Shown one piece after another: positions 25,411 through 39,600 of a stretch of DNA of 64,000 nt. The notes below the pieces were generated by a model, which saw nothing but the letters and a program-made list of their open reading frames with translations, ran no database searches and was not told the DNA's origin. Made by a program: the position numbers and the translations under genes. Origin of the DNA: Eledone cirrhosa (taxonomy: Eukaryota); assembly GCA_964016885.1 (NCBI GenBank), contig OZ024743.1:235476001-235540000 (forward strand). Direction: 5' to 3'. Each line of letters opens with the position of its first letter. Position 1 is the first letter of the stretch.

Positions 25411-25676
25411 AGGATGACGAAATGATGGATTTTTCTGAATTTCTAAAGGAATGTTGATGCTGATTCCGTCGTCATTTAAAGTTATTTTCAGTTAATCCGT
25501 TTTAATCCCTGGAAACAGAAATACCAAAGTTTTGTCTATTTATTGACATTAACTTTCTATGTTTAAATTAACATTTCAGCCCCAAGTATGCATATACCTA
25601 ATTGTTTCAGTTATATGACACCGATTGCTTGGTAAAATGTGAATGTGTCTGTTTATATAAATGTGAATGTGTCTGT

Positions 25677-26945
<1,269 letters not shown>

Positions 26946-27189
26946 TCCCTCCCATAAATTTCCCTATAAATATCAGAAGTGCTGTAATGACTGTGACGTA
27001 GAAGACAGCAAGAGAAGCCTATTTCTTCAACTCTGGTCGTTATGTTGTAAACTTGGTCGTCTCTTAACGTTTTGGCCTTTCACAATATTAATGAAAATTA
27101 AAGGTGAAAAGTGAAAAAGTCATTTGGAATTTATATTTCATTTGAATGGCATTTCATCTTTGAAGTGGTAATGTCATGACAGGGTGACA

Positions 27190-29522
27190 GAGGATAATAG
27201 AGAGTAGAGAGTTGTAAAGAGTAGTGGAGAGTTGCGGTGAGAGTAGAGTTGTAGAGAGTAGTAGAGAGTAGTGGCGAGAGTAGAGAGTTGTAGAGAGTAG
27301 TAGAGAGTAGTGGTGAGAGTAGAGGTGAGTAGTGGTGAGAGTAGAGAATTGTAGAGAGTAGTAGAGAGTAGTGGTGAGAGTAGAGAGTTGTAGAGAGTAG
27401 GGTGAGTAGTGGTGAGAGTAGAGAGTTGTAGAGAGTAGTAGAGAGTAGTGGTGAGAGTAGAGAGTTGTAGAGAGTAGTGGTGAGTAGTGGTGAGAGTAGA
27501 GAGTTGTAGAGAGTAGTAGAGAGTAGTGGTGAGAGTAGAGAGTTGTAGAGAATTATAGAGAGTTGTAGGGAGAGTAGAGAGTTGCAGTGAGTAGTAGTGA
27601 GAGTAGTAGAGAGTAGTAGTGAGAGTAGAGAGGTGTAATGGGTAGTAGTGAGAGTAGTAGAGAGTTGTAGAGAGTTGTAGTGAGCGTGGAGAGTTGTAGA
27701 GAGTTGTAGAGAGAGTAGAGAGTTGTAGAGAGTTGTAGTGAGAGTAGAGAGCTGTAGAGAGTTGTAGTGAGAGTAGAGAGCTGTAGAGAGTTGTAGAGAG
27801 TTGTAGTGAGAGTAGAGAGTTGTAGTGGGTAGTAGTGAGAGTAGTAGAGAGTAGTAGAGAGTTGTAGAGAGTTGTAGTGAGCGTGGAGAGTTGTAGAGAG
27901 TTGTAGAGAGAGTAGAGAGTTGTAGAGAGTTGTAGTGAGAGTAGAGAGCTGTAGAGAGTTGTAGAGAATGTAGTGGGTTGTAGAGAGTTGTAGAAGTTGT
28001 AGAAGTTGTAGAGAGTTGTAGAGAGAGTAGAGAATTGCAGAGAGTTGTAGAGAGCTGTAGAGAGTAGTAGTGAGAGTAGAGAGTTGTAGAGAGTTGTAGA
28101 GAGTTGTAGTGAGAGTTGTAGTGATAGGAGAGAGTCGAGAGTTGTAGAGGGTAGAGAGTTGTAGATAGTTGTAGTGAGAGTAGAGAGTCGTAGAGAGTTG
28201 TAGAAAGTTGTAGAGAGTTTTAGAGAGTTGTAGAGAGTAGTTCTGAGAGTAGAGAGTTGTAGTGAGAGTAGAGAGTTGTAGAGAGAGTAGAGAGTTGTAG
28301 TGAGAGTAGAGAGTTGTTGACAGAGGATTATAGAGAGTAGAGAGTTGTAGAGAATTGCAGTGAGAGTTGTAGTCACAGGAGAGAGTTGTGGAGAGAGTAA
28401 AGAGTTGTAGAGGATAGAGACTTGTAGATAGTTGTAGTGAGAGTAGAGAGTCGTAGAGCGTTGTAGAGAGTTGTAGAGAGTTGTAGTGAGAGTAGTAGTG
28501 AGAGGAGAGAGTTGTAGAGGGTTGTAGTGAGAGTAGAGAGTCGTAGAGAGTCGTTGAGAGTTGCAGTGAGAGTAGAGAGTTGTAGAGAGTTGTAGTCAAA
28601 GTAGAGAGTCGTAGAGAGTCATTGAGAGTTGTAGTGAGAGTAGAGAGTTGTAGAGAGTTGAGGAAGAGTTGTAGTGAGAGTAGAATCGTAGAGAGTTGTA
28701 GAGAGTTGTAGTAAGAGTTGTAGAGAGTTGTAGAGAATAGTAGTGAGAATAGAGAGTTGTAGAGAGTTGTGGAGAGTTGTAGTGAGAGTAGAGAGTTGTA
28801 GAGAGATGTGGAGAGTTGTATTGAGAGTAGAATGGTAGACAGTTGTAAAGTTGTAGAGAGTTGCAGAGAGTTGTAGTGAAAATAGAGAGATGTGGAGAGT
28901 TGTAGCGAGAGTAGTAGAGATTTGTAGAGAGTTGTGGAGAGTTGTAGTGAGAGTAGAGTCGTAGAGAGTTGTAGAGAGTTGTAGAGAGTTGTAGAGACTT
29001 GTAGAGAGAGTAAAAAATTGTAGAGAGTTGTAGAGAGTTGTAGTGAGAGTAGTAGAGAGTTATAGAAAGTAGTAGAGAGTTGTAGAGAGTAGTAGAGAGT
29101 TGTAGAGAGTCGTAGAGAGTTATAGAGAGTTGTAGCGAGTTTTATAGAGCGTAGAGAATTGTAGAGATTTGTAGAGAGTTGTAGAGAGTTGTAGTGATAG
29201 TAGAGAGTTGTAGATAGAGTAGAGAGAGTAGAGAGTAGTAGAGAGTTGTAGATAGAGTAGAGAGAGTAGAGAGTAGTAGAGAGTTGTAGATAGAGTAGAG
29301 AGAGTAGAGAGTTGTAGAGAGTTGTAGTGATAGTAGAGAGTTGTAGATAGAGTAGAGAGAGTAGAGAGTAGTAGAGAGTTGTAGATAGAGTAGAGAGAGT
29401 AGAGAGTAGTAGAGAGTTGTAGAGAGAAGTAGAGAGTTATAGAGTGTCGTAGAGAGTTGTAGAGTGTAGCAGTGAGAGTAGAGAGTTGTAGAGAGTTGTA
29501 GAGTGACGTAGAGAGTTGTAGA
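27190..29522. repeat. Purine-rich satellite built on a ~10 bp gagagttgta unit
   Basis: Degenerate tandem gagagttgta, gagagta and gtagtga units. Confidence 0.95.
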
Positions 29523-29589
29523 ATAAAGACATTGTTAAGTATGGCGGCTTCAGTGTTTAAAATATAAGCCGTGGTCACCATAGAGATGT

Positions 29590-29590
29590 A

Positions 29591-29661
<71 letters not shown>

Positions 29662-29744
29662 ATGTGACACAAGACTGTGCTTTAGCATCTCTGTGTTTGT
29701 CATTGCTTGAATTATATATGCACACATAGAAAACACACACACAT

Positions 29745-29833
<89 letters not shown>

Positions 29834-29914
29834 AACACACACACATATATATATAAACACACACACACATATATATATATAAACACACACACACACATAT
29901 ATATATATATAAAA

Positions 29915-29991
<77 letters not shown>

Positions 29992-29992
29992 A

Positions 29993-30042
<50 letters not shown>

Positions 30043-30298
30043 GTTAAGATTGCCACTCAGTGCAAATTCGTATTAACATTATCTCCACTCATTTTCCCTA
30101 TAATTTGTTTATATACTTACACTGTAGCATACTAGACACCATTATAACGGAATATTTCGGCATGAATATATGTATGTGTATGTGTGTATGTATGTGTGTG
30201 TGCGTATGTATGTATGTGAGTGTGTATGTATGTGTGTGTGTATGTATGTATGTATCTAAGTATGTATGTATGTGTATGTATGTGTGTTTGTATGTATG

Positions 30299-30330
<32 letters not shown>

Positions 30331-30538
30331 TGTATGTATGTATGTATGTATGTATGTGTGTGTGTGTGTGTGTGTATGTGTGTATGTGTCTATGTATGTA
30401 TGTATGTGTGCGTATGTGTATGTATGTATATATGTATGTATGTGTGTGTGTGTGCATGTATGTATGTATGTGTGTATTTATGTGTGTGTATGTGTATCTG
30501 TATGTATGTATGTATATGTATGTATATATGTATGTATG
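29590..30538. repeat. Compound TA/CA/TATG microsatellites
   Basis: Direct reading of the sequence. Confidence 0.9.
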
Positions 30539-30539
30539 T

Positions 30540-30970
30540 TCTTCTGGTTTTATAATTTCACAAAGTTTTACCAATAGAGAGAGATTCGGTTTCTAACATA
30601 GACACAAGACTCTCTCATTGGAATTTACACAACATCAACTAGGTAGATATGTCTGCATGCATGCATGTATAGATATGGATGTTATTGTATGTGTGGATGT
30701 GGATGTTTTCAGTTGTATGTGTGCATGTGTATATGCTTTGTATCTGTATATGTGTATATGCAGTTATTAGATGCAAAATTTCTGGAATCTTTTACATATT
30801 TTTACTGTTCCATTAATGGATTGTACTTGTAGTTTCCTCACTAGTTGTGTTCTTTCTGTTCCTGTGAAGCCTAGCTTCTCAAGATTTGTATTGAGGCAGT
30901 TACTAACATACCCCAGTGCCCCAATAATCACAGGCATAAATCTGAAGATGTAATCAGGGTGGAGTATCTG
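30540..30970 (-). mobile_element. 3' end of an R4-like RLE retrotransposon embedded in (CATA)n
   Basis: LHPDYIFRFMPVIIGALGYV...LQVQSINGTVKICK resembles the PVVVGALG...GT motif of the Dong-like copies. It is followed by a 3' UTR that runs into (acat)n. Confidence 0.7.
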
Positions 30971-31184
30971 CATGTATGTATCTGTATGTATGTATCTACG
31001 TATGTATGTGTGATTGCGTGTGTGTGTGTATGTATGTATGTATGTATGTATGTATGTATGTATGTATGTATGTATGTATGTATGTATGTATGTATGTGTT
31101 ATGTATGTACGTATGTATCTACGTATATATGTATGTATGTGTGTGTGAATATGTGTGTGTGTATGTATATATGTATGTATATAT

Positions 31185-31706
31185 GCTGCTGGTAACATGT
31201 AACCCAGTACAACCTGTCGCATGGTCGGGTCGTCGGTGACTAAACTGGCAACCCCACCAAGTTTACTTGGTGAAGACGGCGATTTAGGACACCCTGCAGG
31301 ACAAAAAACAAAACCTGACAAAGGGCGGAAGAACTCATAAGAGTTAACGGCCATCCAAAAGTGTGTAAATATGTATATACACATGTACCACGCGGTTAAA
31401 CCGCTGGGAGTAAAGGACCCATAGTCTTTGTCAGGGCATTCTTCTAGGAGAAGGCAACTCAGGAAGCTGGGATAACTCCGATATAAAACCTGCGGCTCAG
31501 TAGTTACCGATGATGTTGTTCTTTTCTTCTTTTCGGGTTATAGCTACTGTCTCTCAGAGAGTGGGATTGGCTCAGTGCACAGTCTTTCCTCACTTTAAAA
31601 AATATCTTCATGCACAGGCATTGCACGATATAATTAATGAATAATTATTAATAATAGTATATCGTGCAATGGCCATACTCGATAACGAGGGGGCAGCCAT
31701 CATCAT
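31185..31706 (+). mobile_element. Non-autonomous RTE-derived element (5' UTR-like portion + short 3' end)
   Basis: RTE-UTR-like motifs ggtgactaaactggcaacccc and ctaggagaaggcaactc; ends in catcatcat; lies within TATG repeats. Confidence 0.55.
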
Positions 31707-31917
31707 GTATGTATGTATGTATGTATGTATGTATGTATGTATGTATGTATGTATGTATGTATGTATGTATGTATGTGTGTGTGTGTATGTATATATGTAT
31801 GTATGTGTGTGTGATTGTGTGTGATTGCGTTAAAGAAGTTATACAGTTCAAGTTCGTCAGGGAACATTTTAAAAAGAATCAGAAAAGTAGAATGTTGAAT
31901 ATTTCCATATTTTTATT

Positions 31918-33115
31918 GAACCTACTCCAGTGTGTAGAGAACTTTCTCCGGTGTGTAGAGAACCTACTCCAGTGTGTAGAGAACTTTCTCCAGTGTGTAG
32001 AGAACCTACTCCAGTGTGTAGAGAACTTTCTCCGGTGTGTAGAGAACCTACCCCAGTGTGTAGAGAACTTTCTCCGATGTGTAGAGAACCTACTCCAGTG
32101 TGTAGAGGACTTTCTCCGGTGTGTAGAGAACCTACTCCAGTGTGTAGAGGACTTTCTCCGGTGTGTAGAGAACCTACTCCAGTGTGTAGAAAACCTACTC
32201 CAGTGTGTAGAGAACTTTCTCCGGTGTGTAGAGAACCTACTCCAGTGTGTAGAGAACCTACTCCAGTGTGTAGAGGACTTTCTCCGGTGTGTAGAGAACC
32301 TACTCCAGTGTGTAGAAAACCTACTCCAGTGTGTAGAGAACTTTCTCCGGTGTGTAGAGAACCTACTCCAGTGTGTAGAGAACCTACTCCAGTGTGTAGA
32401 GGACTTTCTCCCGTGTGTAGAGAACCTACTCCAGTGTGTAGAGAACCTACTCCAGTGTGTAGAGAACTTTATCCGGTGTGTAGAGAACCTACTCCAGTGT
32501 GTAGAGAACTTTCTCCCGTGTGTAGAGAACCTACTCCTGTGTGTAGAGAACCTACTCCAGTGTGTAGAGAACTTTCTCCGGTGTGTAGGGAACCTACTCC
32601 AGTGTGTAGAGAACTTTCTCCCGTGTGTAGAGAACCTACTCCAGTGTGTAGAGAACCTACTCCAGTGTGTGGAGAGCTTTCTCCGGTGTGTAGAGAACCT
32701 ACTCCAGTGTGTAGAGAACCTACTTCAGTGTGTGGAGAACCTACTCCAGTGTGTAGAGGACTTTCTCCGGTGTGTAGAGAACCTACTCCAGTGTGTAGAG
32801 AACCTTCTCCGGTGTGTAGATAACTTTCTGCGGTGTGTAGAGAACCTACTCCAGTGTGTAGAGAACCTACTCCAGTGTGTAGAGAACCTACTCTAGTGTG
32901 TAGAGAACCTACTCCAGTGTGTAGAGAACTTTCTCCGGTATGTAGAGAACCTACTCCAGTGTGTAGAGAACTTTCTCTAGTGTGTAGAGAACCTACTTCA
33001 GTGTGTAGAGAACTTTCTCCGGTGTGTAGAGAAACTTCTCCACTGTATAAATAACCTTCTCTACTGTGTAGAGAACTCTCTCCACTGTGTAGAGAATCTT
33101 CTCCACTGTGTAGAG
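31918..33115. repeat. Satellite, 21 bp unit (gtgtgtagagaacctactcca / gtgtgtagagaactttctccg variants)
   Basis: About 57 tandem copies. The unit length of 21 explains the 410 aa ORF. Confidence 0.97.
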
Positions 33116-33714
33116 AAGAATATTTCATTCAAAAATATAAACCCAAACCGAACATATTTAGGTTTTGTATTGATACAATACATTAGGAAATATAGTGCTA
33201 TGACAGAAGTTGATATATGCCAATTTCTGTTAGTCTCCATAAAACTAATAAAAGATTAGACGCCTGCTTGATGCCGTGTATGGTGATCTCAACAGACTTT
33301 CCCAATTAATGACTTGAAGTAATTTGTCTGTGACAACATCAATTATATTATAGCTTTATATTGCTTACAAATTAGAAAAAGGTTATTGTATCTCTGTTAA
33401 CCTTTAAGCATATCTAATATCCGTGGCTGTCGTGACTGATTGATGTACGAGTAACATGGCGGAAAATGCCTGGCTTAGTGGTAACTGTGTTCGGCTCATC
33501 ATCGTAAGGTCGTGCGTTCGATTCTTGGTTAGGGTGTTTGGCTCACGATCGTAGGGTCACGAATTCAATACCACATCTACGGGGGATGATTTACATAAGG
33601 TTAAGTGGTTTAATTAATTTGTTGCATCATCGTTTAGCAACGCGAAACACCGGTTCTACCCACTGGTAAACAGCCTAACATAAATGATATATATATATAT
33701 ATATACCATTTATG

Positions 33715-33776
<62 letters not shown>

Positions 33777-33783
33777 CATAAAG

Positions 33784-33820
<37 letters not shown>

Positions 33821-33827
33821 CATAAAG

Positions 33828-33869
<42 letters not shown>

Positions 33870-33877
33870 ATTTATGT

Positions 33878-33912
<35 letters not shown>

Positions 33913-34438
33913 CATAAATGGATTGGGATGGGTGGAGGTCACTGCTTGAAGGATTTAAAGAAAAGGAAGTTCATTAAAAGCTAATTCTTTAAATCTATAG
34001 TATTAACAAAGGCAGGAAGAATACTGTAAACCAAATCATATTTGGAATACCAATCCTAGTTTATCACTTAGACTAACAATGCCTGCAAGACAGGTGTCTA
34101 CACGATGGGTGGGGTTCAATGGCTTAAAGAAAAGGGAAATTCTTTAGAAGCTAATTCTTTAAGGCTGGAATAAGGGTGACAGAGGTAGAAAGGGTTCCAT
34201 CAACAGATTCAAGTGTTGGGATGATTCCCCTTCTTGTGAAGTTTCTCTTAATATATATTCCACGTGTCGACAAGCACATTCACACACTCCCCCACTTACA
34301 CACGTACACACACATACACACACGCACACACAGGCAGGCACACACACAACAAACATACATAATGGTACATACACACATACACATATACAAATATATACAC
34401 ATATATATACACATACATACAAATATGTGTACATACAT

Positions 34439-34514
<76 letters not shown>

Positions 34515-34787
34515 CACCTTGATCACCTTGACCGACCAGCCTGTTGGGCGTCCATTCAGCGCCACTGGTCACAACACGTCGTGCTGTTTTAGCCATAAGA
34601 TAACGCCATCCCACTGGCTGGGCGGACAGGCCAATACTTCCTCATCTCATTTCTACAGCTGAGTAAACTGGAGCAACGTGAAATAAAGTGTCTTGCTCAA
34701 GGAAACAACACATCACCCGGTCTGAGAATTGAACTCACCTTTCGATTGCAAGCCCAATGCTCTAACCACTAAGCCATGCGCCTTCAC
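34515..34787 (-). mobile_element. tRNA-derived SINE family B
   Basis: Minus strand GGCGCATGGCTTAGTGGTTAG (box A), GAGTTCAATTC (box B), then CCTTGAGCAAGACACTT...TTGCTCCAG central domain. Confidence 0.8.
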
Positions 34788-35081
34788 ATATATACACACA
34801 CACACATATATATATATATACTGTATAGTAATAATAATAAATTTGAAGACAAAATCCAAAGAGGGCTCGATAAGGATAAATATATATCAAATATATAAGA
34901 TATATAATATATAAGATATATATCAAATATATTGCGTGTAATTGTTTTCACCGCTCCAATTAATGACGTATTATCTTCGTTTTTATCCGTTCTTTGCCAG
35001 GGAACGTTTCCACGAACCAAAGTATCGTCTTCCTGTTTTCCTTCGGTAGCAACGTTTTTTGAAATATTTACTTCTGCGTTC

Positions 35082-35157
35082 ACAGATTGATTTTTTTAGT
35101 TTCAGAAGATCCCGTTAAGGGTGAAAGTAGCGATTCTTTGCTTAAACTTTAATCTGT
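35082..35157 (+). ncRNA. Type I hammerhead ribozyme-like motif with variant core (CAGAAGA)
   Basis: Stem I agttt/aaact extended by acagattga/ttaatctgt, CAGAAGA, stem II ccc-gttaa-ggg, GAAA, stem III, putative CUU cleavage site. Confidence 0.65.
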
Positions 35158-35164
35158 TATTTTA

Positions 35165-35224
<60 letters not shown>

Positions 35225-36252
35225 GCTCTCACAGCCTTCTTTAAAGGCTTCAACCTCTCTATACAGGTTGAGGCCAATCTCTCGGTCGTTAATTACCTCG
35301 ACGTTGCCCTCAATTTATTGAATGGGTTGTATTACCGTATAGAAAGCCGAATGATACGCTTAATTACATAAGTAAGCATTCCAACCATCCTGCCAGCATA
35401 ACCAAGAACCTGGTAAGAAACGTTTCGTTGAGGCTTTCCCGTCTTTCCACCAACGAGCGCATTTTCAACGACCATTCCACTTATTACAATGAAGCTCTTG
35501 CTCGAAGTGGATTTGTCGATAAGGTAGCATATACAGAGTACGAAAATAGACCTAGAAGAAATAGATCCCGTCGCATTTGTTGGTTTAACCCACCATATAA
35601 TATGGAGGTGGCCACACCATTAGCTAAGATCTTTCTTTCCCTTATTACGAAGCATTTTCCCCCTACACATAAATATAGTAACATTTTTAATAGAAATACT
35701 ATTAAAATTTCTTACTCTACGACTCCTAACCTTGCACATAACATCACAGCTTCAAATTTAGCTAAACTACCTAGCCGTAGGAACACGTGCAACCCTGTAG
35801 TTAGTACCAACAGTAATTGTAGGAATCGGGCTGATTGCCCCCTATCCGGGAAATGCCTCTCTAGTAACATTGTCTACAAATGTAAGGTTGTAACACCCAC
35901 GTCCCGTAGGGCCTACATAGGGTTAACCGCCAATAGTTTCAAGCAGCGTCTTTACATGCATACCCATTCTTTTCGTTACCCTCTAAGAAGGAATATGACG
36001 TCACTTTCAGCTTATATCTGGAGTCTAAAAGACAACCACACCCAATATAAGTTACACTGGGAGATCCTAGCTAGGGCTAGATCGTATAACGGAAATAAAA
36101 GACCATGTGACCTCTGCGCCGCTGAGGCCCTGGAAATACTCTACGCTACAGACCACATCTTAAACAAAAAATCTGAGGCAATTTCGGCTTGTAAACATAA
36201 ATTGCACAAAACTTTCCTGTATTACAGCCCCACGTTATACCCTAACGGATAG
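35225..36252 (+). pseudogene. Penelope RT C-terminus + GIY-YIG endonuclease
   Basis: VNYLDV, YRKPN, HSNHP, WFNPPY, CPLSGKCL, IVYKC..AYIGLT..FKQR and CDLC motifs. Confidence 0.9.
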
Positions 36253-37163
36253 CACGATCTATACGTGGATATTTTACGTCTTGATGTGGGAGCTAAGTAT
36301 ATGTTTTGTTTATTCCTTTACTTATTTGCATAGGTAAGTATATATTACCCGTATGTTTTGTGAAGGTATGTATACCTTCTCGTACGTATATTTGACTGTT
36401 ATAGCGTATAATTTTTACATATCCTGGTATTTAGGGTTTGGCTATGTGTATACGGGAGTTTTGCGTCCGCGTGAGTGTGCAGGTTCGTACGTATGGTGGG
36501 TGTGTGTATATGTGTACTTCTTGTTTAGTTGACTTACGTCTCCGAACATTCGTGTATTTATATGTAGGTATGCGTGTGTGCTTGTTATATACGTATTTAT
36601 TTACTTATATACGTTTATATAATTATTTATTTATTTGTACACAAGCATACACACACACACATATTTATAGGTGCGTGGTTTTGTATACCCATGGAAAGGT
36701 TTTGCGTATGCTTGTGTATGTACGTATCTGTTTGCGTGTATGTATTTATTTGTTTCTATTACTTCTGTATTGTATTTATTTACTTTGTTCTTAACTCCGT
36801 AGCGGAGATTCATTTGGTCTCCTAGTTAGAATTTTAGTCTACGATTTCTGCTATACCATTTACGTGGTTTTGTCTTTGCGTGCTATTGTTCTCCACGCTC
36901 CACATATGACTTATTATCTTCGTTTTTTCGTTCATTGCCAGAGAACGTCTCTATGCACCACCTAAGAGAACATTAGTCCACGACCTCTTTTATACCATAA
37001 ACGTGGTTTTGTCTTTGCGCGTAATTGTTTTTCACCGCTCCTATTAATGACGTATTACTTGTTTTTTCCCGTTCTTTGCCAGCGAACGTTACCACGAACC
37101 AAAGTATCGTCTTCCTGTCTTCCTCCGGTTGCAACGTTTTTTGAAATATCCAGTTCTGCGTTT

Positions 37164-37239
37164 ACAGATTGACTTTGTTAGTTTCAGAAGATCCCGTTAA
37201 GGGTGAAAGCAGCGATTCTTTGCTTAAACTTTAATCTGT
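37164..37239 (+). ncRNA. Type I hammerhead ribozyme-like motif with variant core (second pseudo-LTR)
   Basis: Same fold as 35082-35157, with stem III agca/tgct. Confidence 0.68.
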
Positions 37240-37250
37240 TATTTTAATAA

Positions 37251-37346
<96 letters not shown>

Positions 37347-37949
37347 ACACACACACACACTCTTGTTTCTTGGTCTATTTTTATTCATATGTTCATATTC
37401 GTAACAACACTGCACGCCATTTTTCATTCACATATTTTTTCCCTTCGCTGTAGTTCGTATTTTTTCAGTCACCTTACTGATATCCTCTTTCTCTCTCCCC
37501 CTTCTCTCTCCTTCACCTCTTGCTTTCCTCCACTCCCGCTGCTGGTCACTTACTCTCGGCTGGCCCCTTCCTCACACTTTCACTCACTCATTCTCTGCTA
37601 CTCCTCCTCTCTCACTTCCTCCCGTCTGACCTGCTTGAATTTCTTTCCTCTCTCAATCTTCTCGTGGCTCGGACGCGTCTATTTCTTCTCGTCATTTGAT
37701 TTGTGGGACTTAAGCCCTCAAGATTCATTGACTTGTCTCTCTTTTCCTCTCTTTACGTTGCATTACTACCATGTTGTTTGTTTCCTTTCCTCTGTCCCGA
37801 TAACGTAATATAGTTATCGCTCGCACTGATGTTAGGTATCTAGTCTTTAATGCGAAGAAATACCAACGATGATCAGCAGACTACTGATGAAGGCGATTCT
37901 TGTTTCTTTGTCTATTTATATATCTATATCTCTCTCTCTATATATATAT

Positions 37950-38900
37950 AATGGAAAAATTTGAACAGGGACAAAACAGAGAGGCAGTACAATAAATGTT
38001 TATTAATTTCACGCTCAGGAGAGTGGGGGGTAGGTGGGGGACGACGTTTCGGGCATAAGCCCTTCCTCAGGTGAGAAGTGTGTGGGAACAGAGTTCAAAA
38101 GGTGTGTAGGGGAGTGGTGGAGAGACACATAGCGAAAGGAAACGGTGCGAATGAAAAATTAACAAATAAAGATAAAAAATAAAAATAAAGCATGATCAAA
38201 ATACAAGGAATGAGAAAATTTAAAAATAAAGGCATGATCAAAATAAACTGAAATTAAAAGGGGGGTAAACAGGTGGTGGAAGGGTGTGGGTGAGTAGGGG
38301 TGGTGGCGGGTGGAGTGGGGAGAGGGAGACGGGGTGTCCGAGCGGGGAGGGCTGAAGGTGGTGTGTGTGTGTAGGTGTGTGCGTGTGTGTGTGTGTGTGT
38401 ATGTGAAAGTAAGGGTTGGGGGAAGAACGGGGTTGCATGTTCAGGAAGATGTGTGTGTGGGGGGTGTTTTTGTGGGTCGGAGTGTCTGTGCGTGTGTGGA
38501 TAGGGGGTGGGGGAGAGGAATCAGGAGGCTGAGGGTGTAAATATGTGGTGGGAAGCACGTGTGTGTGGGGTTTAAGCGTGCTGTGGGTGTGGGTGGCGTG
38601 TGGAGAAAAAATTTTTTTTGGGGTGTGTGTGTGGGTGAGTTATATAGGTGATGACGTACGAGGATGGTTGAAAAGTTGGTAAGTTCCAAGGATGTTTGGA
38701 GGATTGGTTATAAGTCAATTTCTTCGTGTGGGTAATCCATGAAGCGGTGGTCGGAAGAGGGAGTGCAACAGGAAGTGGTCAGCAGTGGGAGTGCTGTGGT
38801 CTGTTGGTGCTGGGAGGTGGTCAGAAGGGCATAGCAGCAGTCGGTGGAATGGTAAGGGGGCGAGGATGGGTAGGTGTGAAAGTTGGAGTGAGGAGGGTGT
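37950..38900 (-). mobile_element. Probable Penelope-like 3' remnant
   Basis: Contains the hammerhead motif, is pyrimidine-rich on the minus strand and ends at (TA)n. Coding signal is weak. Confidence 0.45.
38041..38073 (-). ncRNA. Minimal hammerhead ribozyme motif (Penelope type)
   Basis: Minus strand ac-CTGAGGA-agggc-ttat-gccc-GAAAC-GTC-gt, with palindromic ACGT stem III. Confidence 0.72.
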
Positions 38901-39011
38901 GTGTGTGTGTGTGTGTGTATTAGTAGGGGTGTTAGTGTGATGAGTGAGTGTGGAGCGGGGAGAGAAGGGTGTGTGTGGTTCTATGGAGGGAGTGTGGTGT
39001 ACTGGTGTACT

Positions 39012-39054
<43 letters not shown>

Positions 39055-39169
39055 TGAAACTAAAAACCATATCATTTGCCTCTCTGTTTTCTGTTCATAT
39101 AATAAACTACATTTATATATATACATACACATATATACACATAGACACACATACGTATATATATATATA

Positions 39170-39505
39170 TGCCCATTTGACAGGAGAGTGCAAGAAAAGG
39201 AGAGGGAGAAAATTAACCGATTCCAGGACTTAAAGTGGGAGTTAAAAAGGATTTAGAACTGCCATGAAATCAAGGTCGTCTCGATTGTCATAGGCGCACT
39301 AGGTACTATATCAAAGAGTTTCCAAGGATGGTTAAAGAAGATTAGTCCAGTCCCGCTTTTTGGAACACTTCAAAAGGCATGCTTGCTGGGAACAGCAAGA
39401 ACCCTCCGATACGTCCTGAATATCTGAGGCTGCAGGTAGCGGCTTGATATTCATTTCAACAAACTTTCCAGTTAAATAACATCAATGACTGAGACTCAAA
39501 GAACA
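39170..39505 (+). mobile_element. R4/Dong-like 3' fragment
   Basis: EKEREKINRFQDLKWELKRI...SIVIGALGTI...LQKACLLGTARTLRYVL, then a short UTR and an (AAT)n tract of about 30 units. Confidence 0.82.
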
Positions 39506-39513
39506 ATAATAAA

Positions 39514-39598
<85 letters not shown>

Positions 39599-39600
<2 letters not shown>

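Larger units (their letters stand above)
34932..37250 (+). mobile_element. Penelope-like element with two direct pseudo-LTRs, ORF 5' truncated
   Basis: Direct repeats at 34932-35168 and about 37015-37250, each ending in (TA)n, with RT thumb and GIY-YIG coding sequence between them. Confidence 0.9.

Noticed and set aside
26960-27060. TATA-like ctataaata followed by unique sequence
   Set aside because: A single motif with no supporting gene structure.
27174-28599. 400 aa and 348 aa minus-strand ORFs
   Set aside because: Low-complexity satellite translations.
31664-32896. 410 aa ORF of LLQCVEN repeats
   Set aside because: Translation of a 21 bp satellite; several frames on both strands are open and the start lies in a TATG microsatellite.
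37884-37905. CTGATGAAGG hammerhead-like start
   Set aside because: No downstream stem II closure or GAAA; at best a truncated relic.
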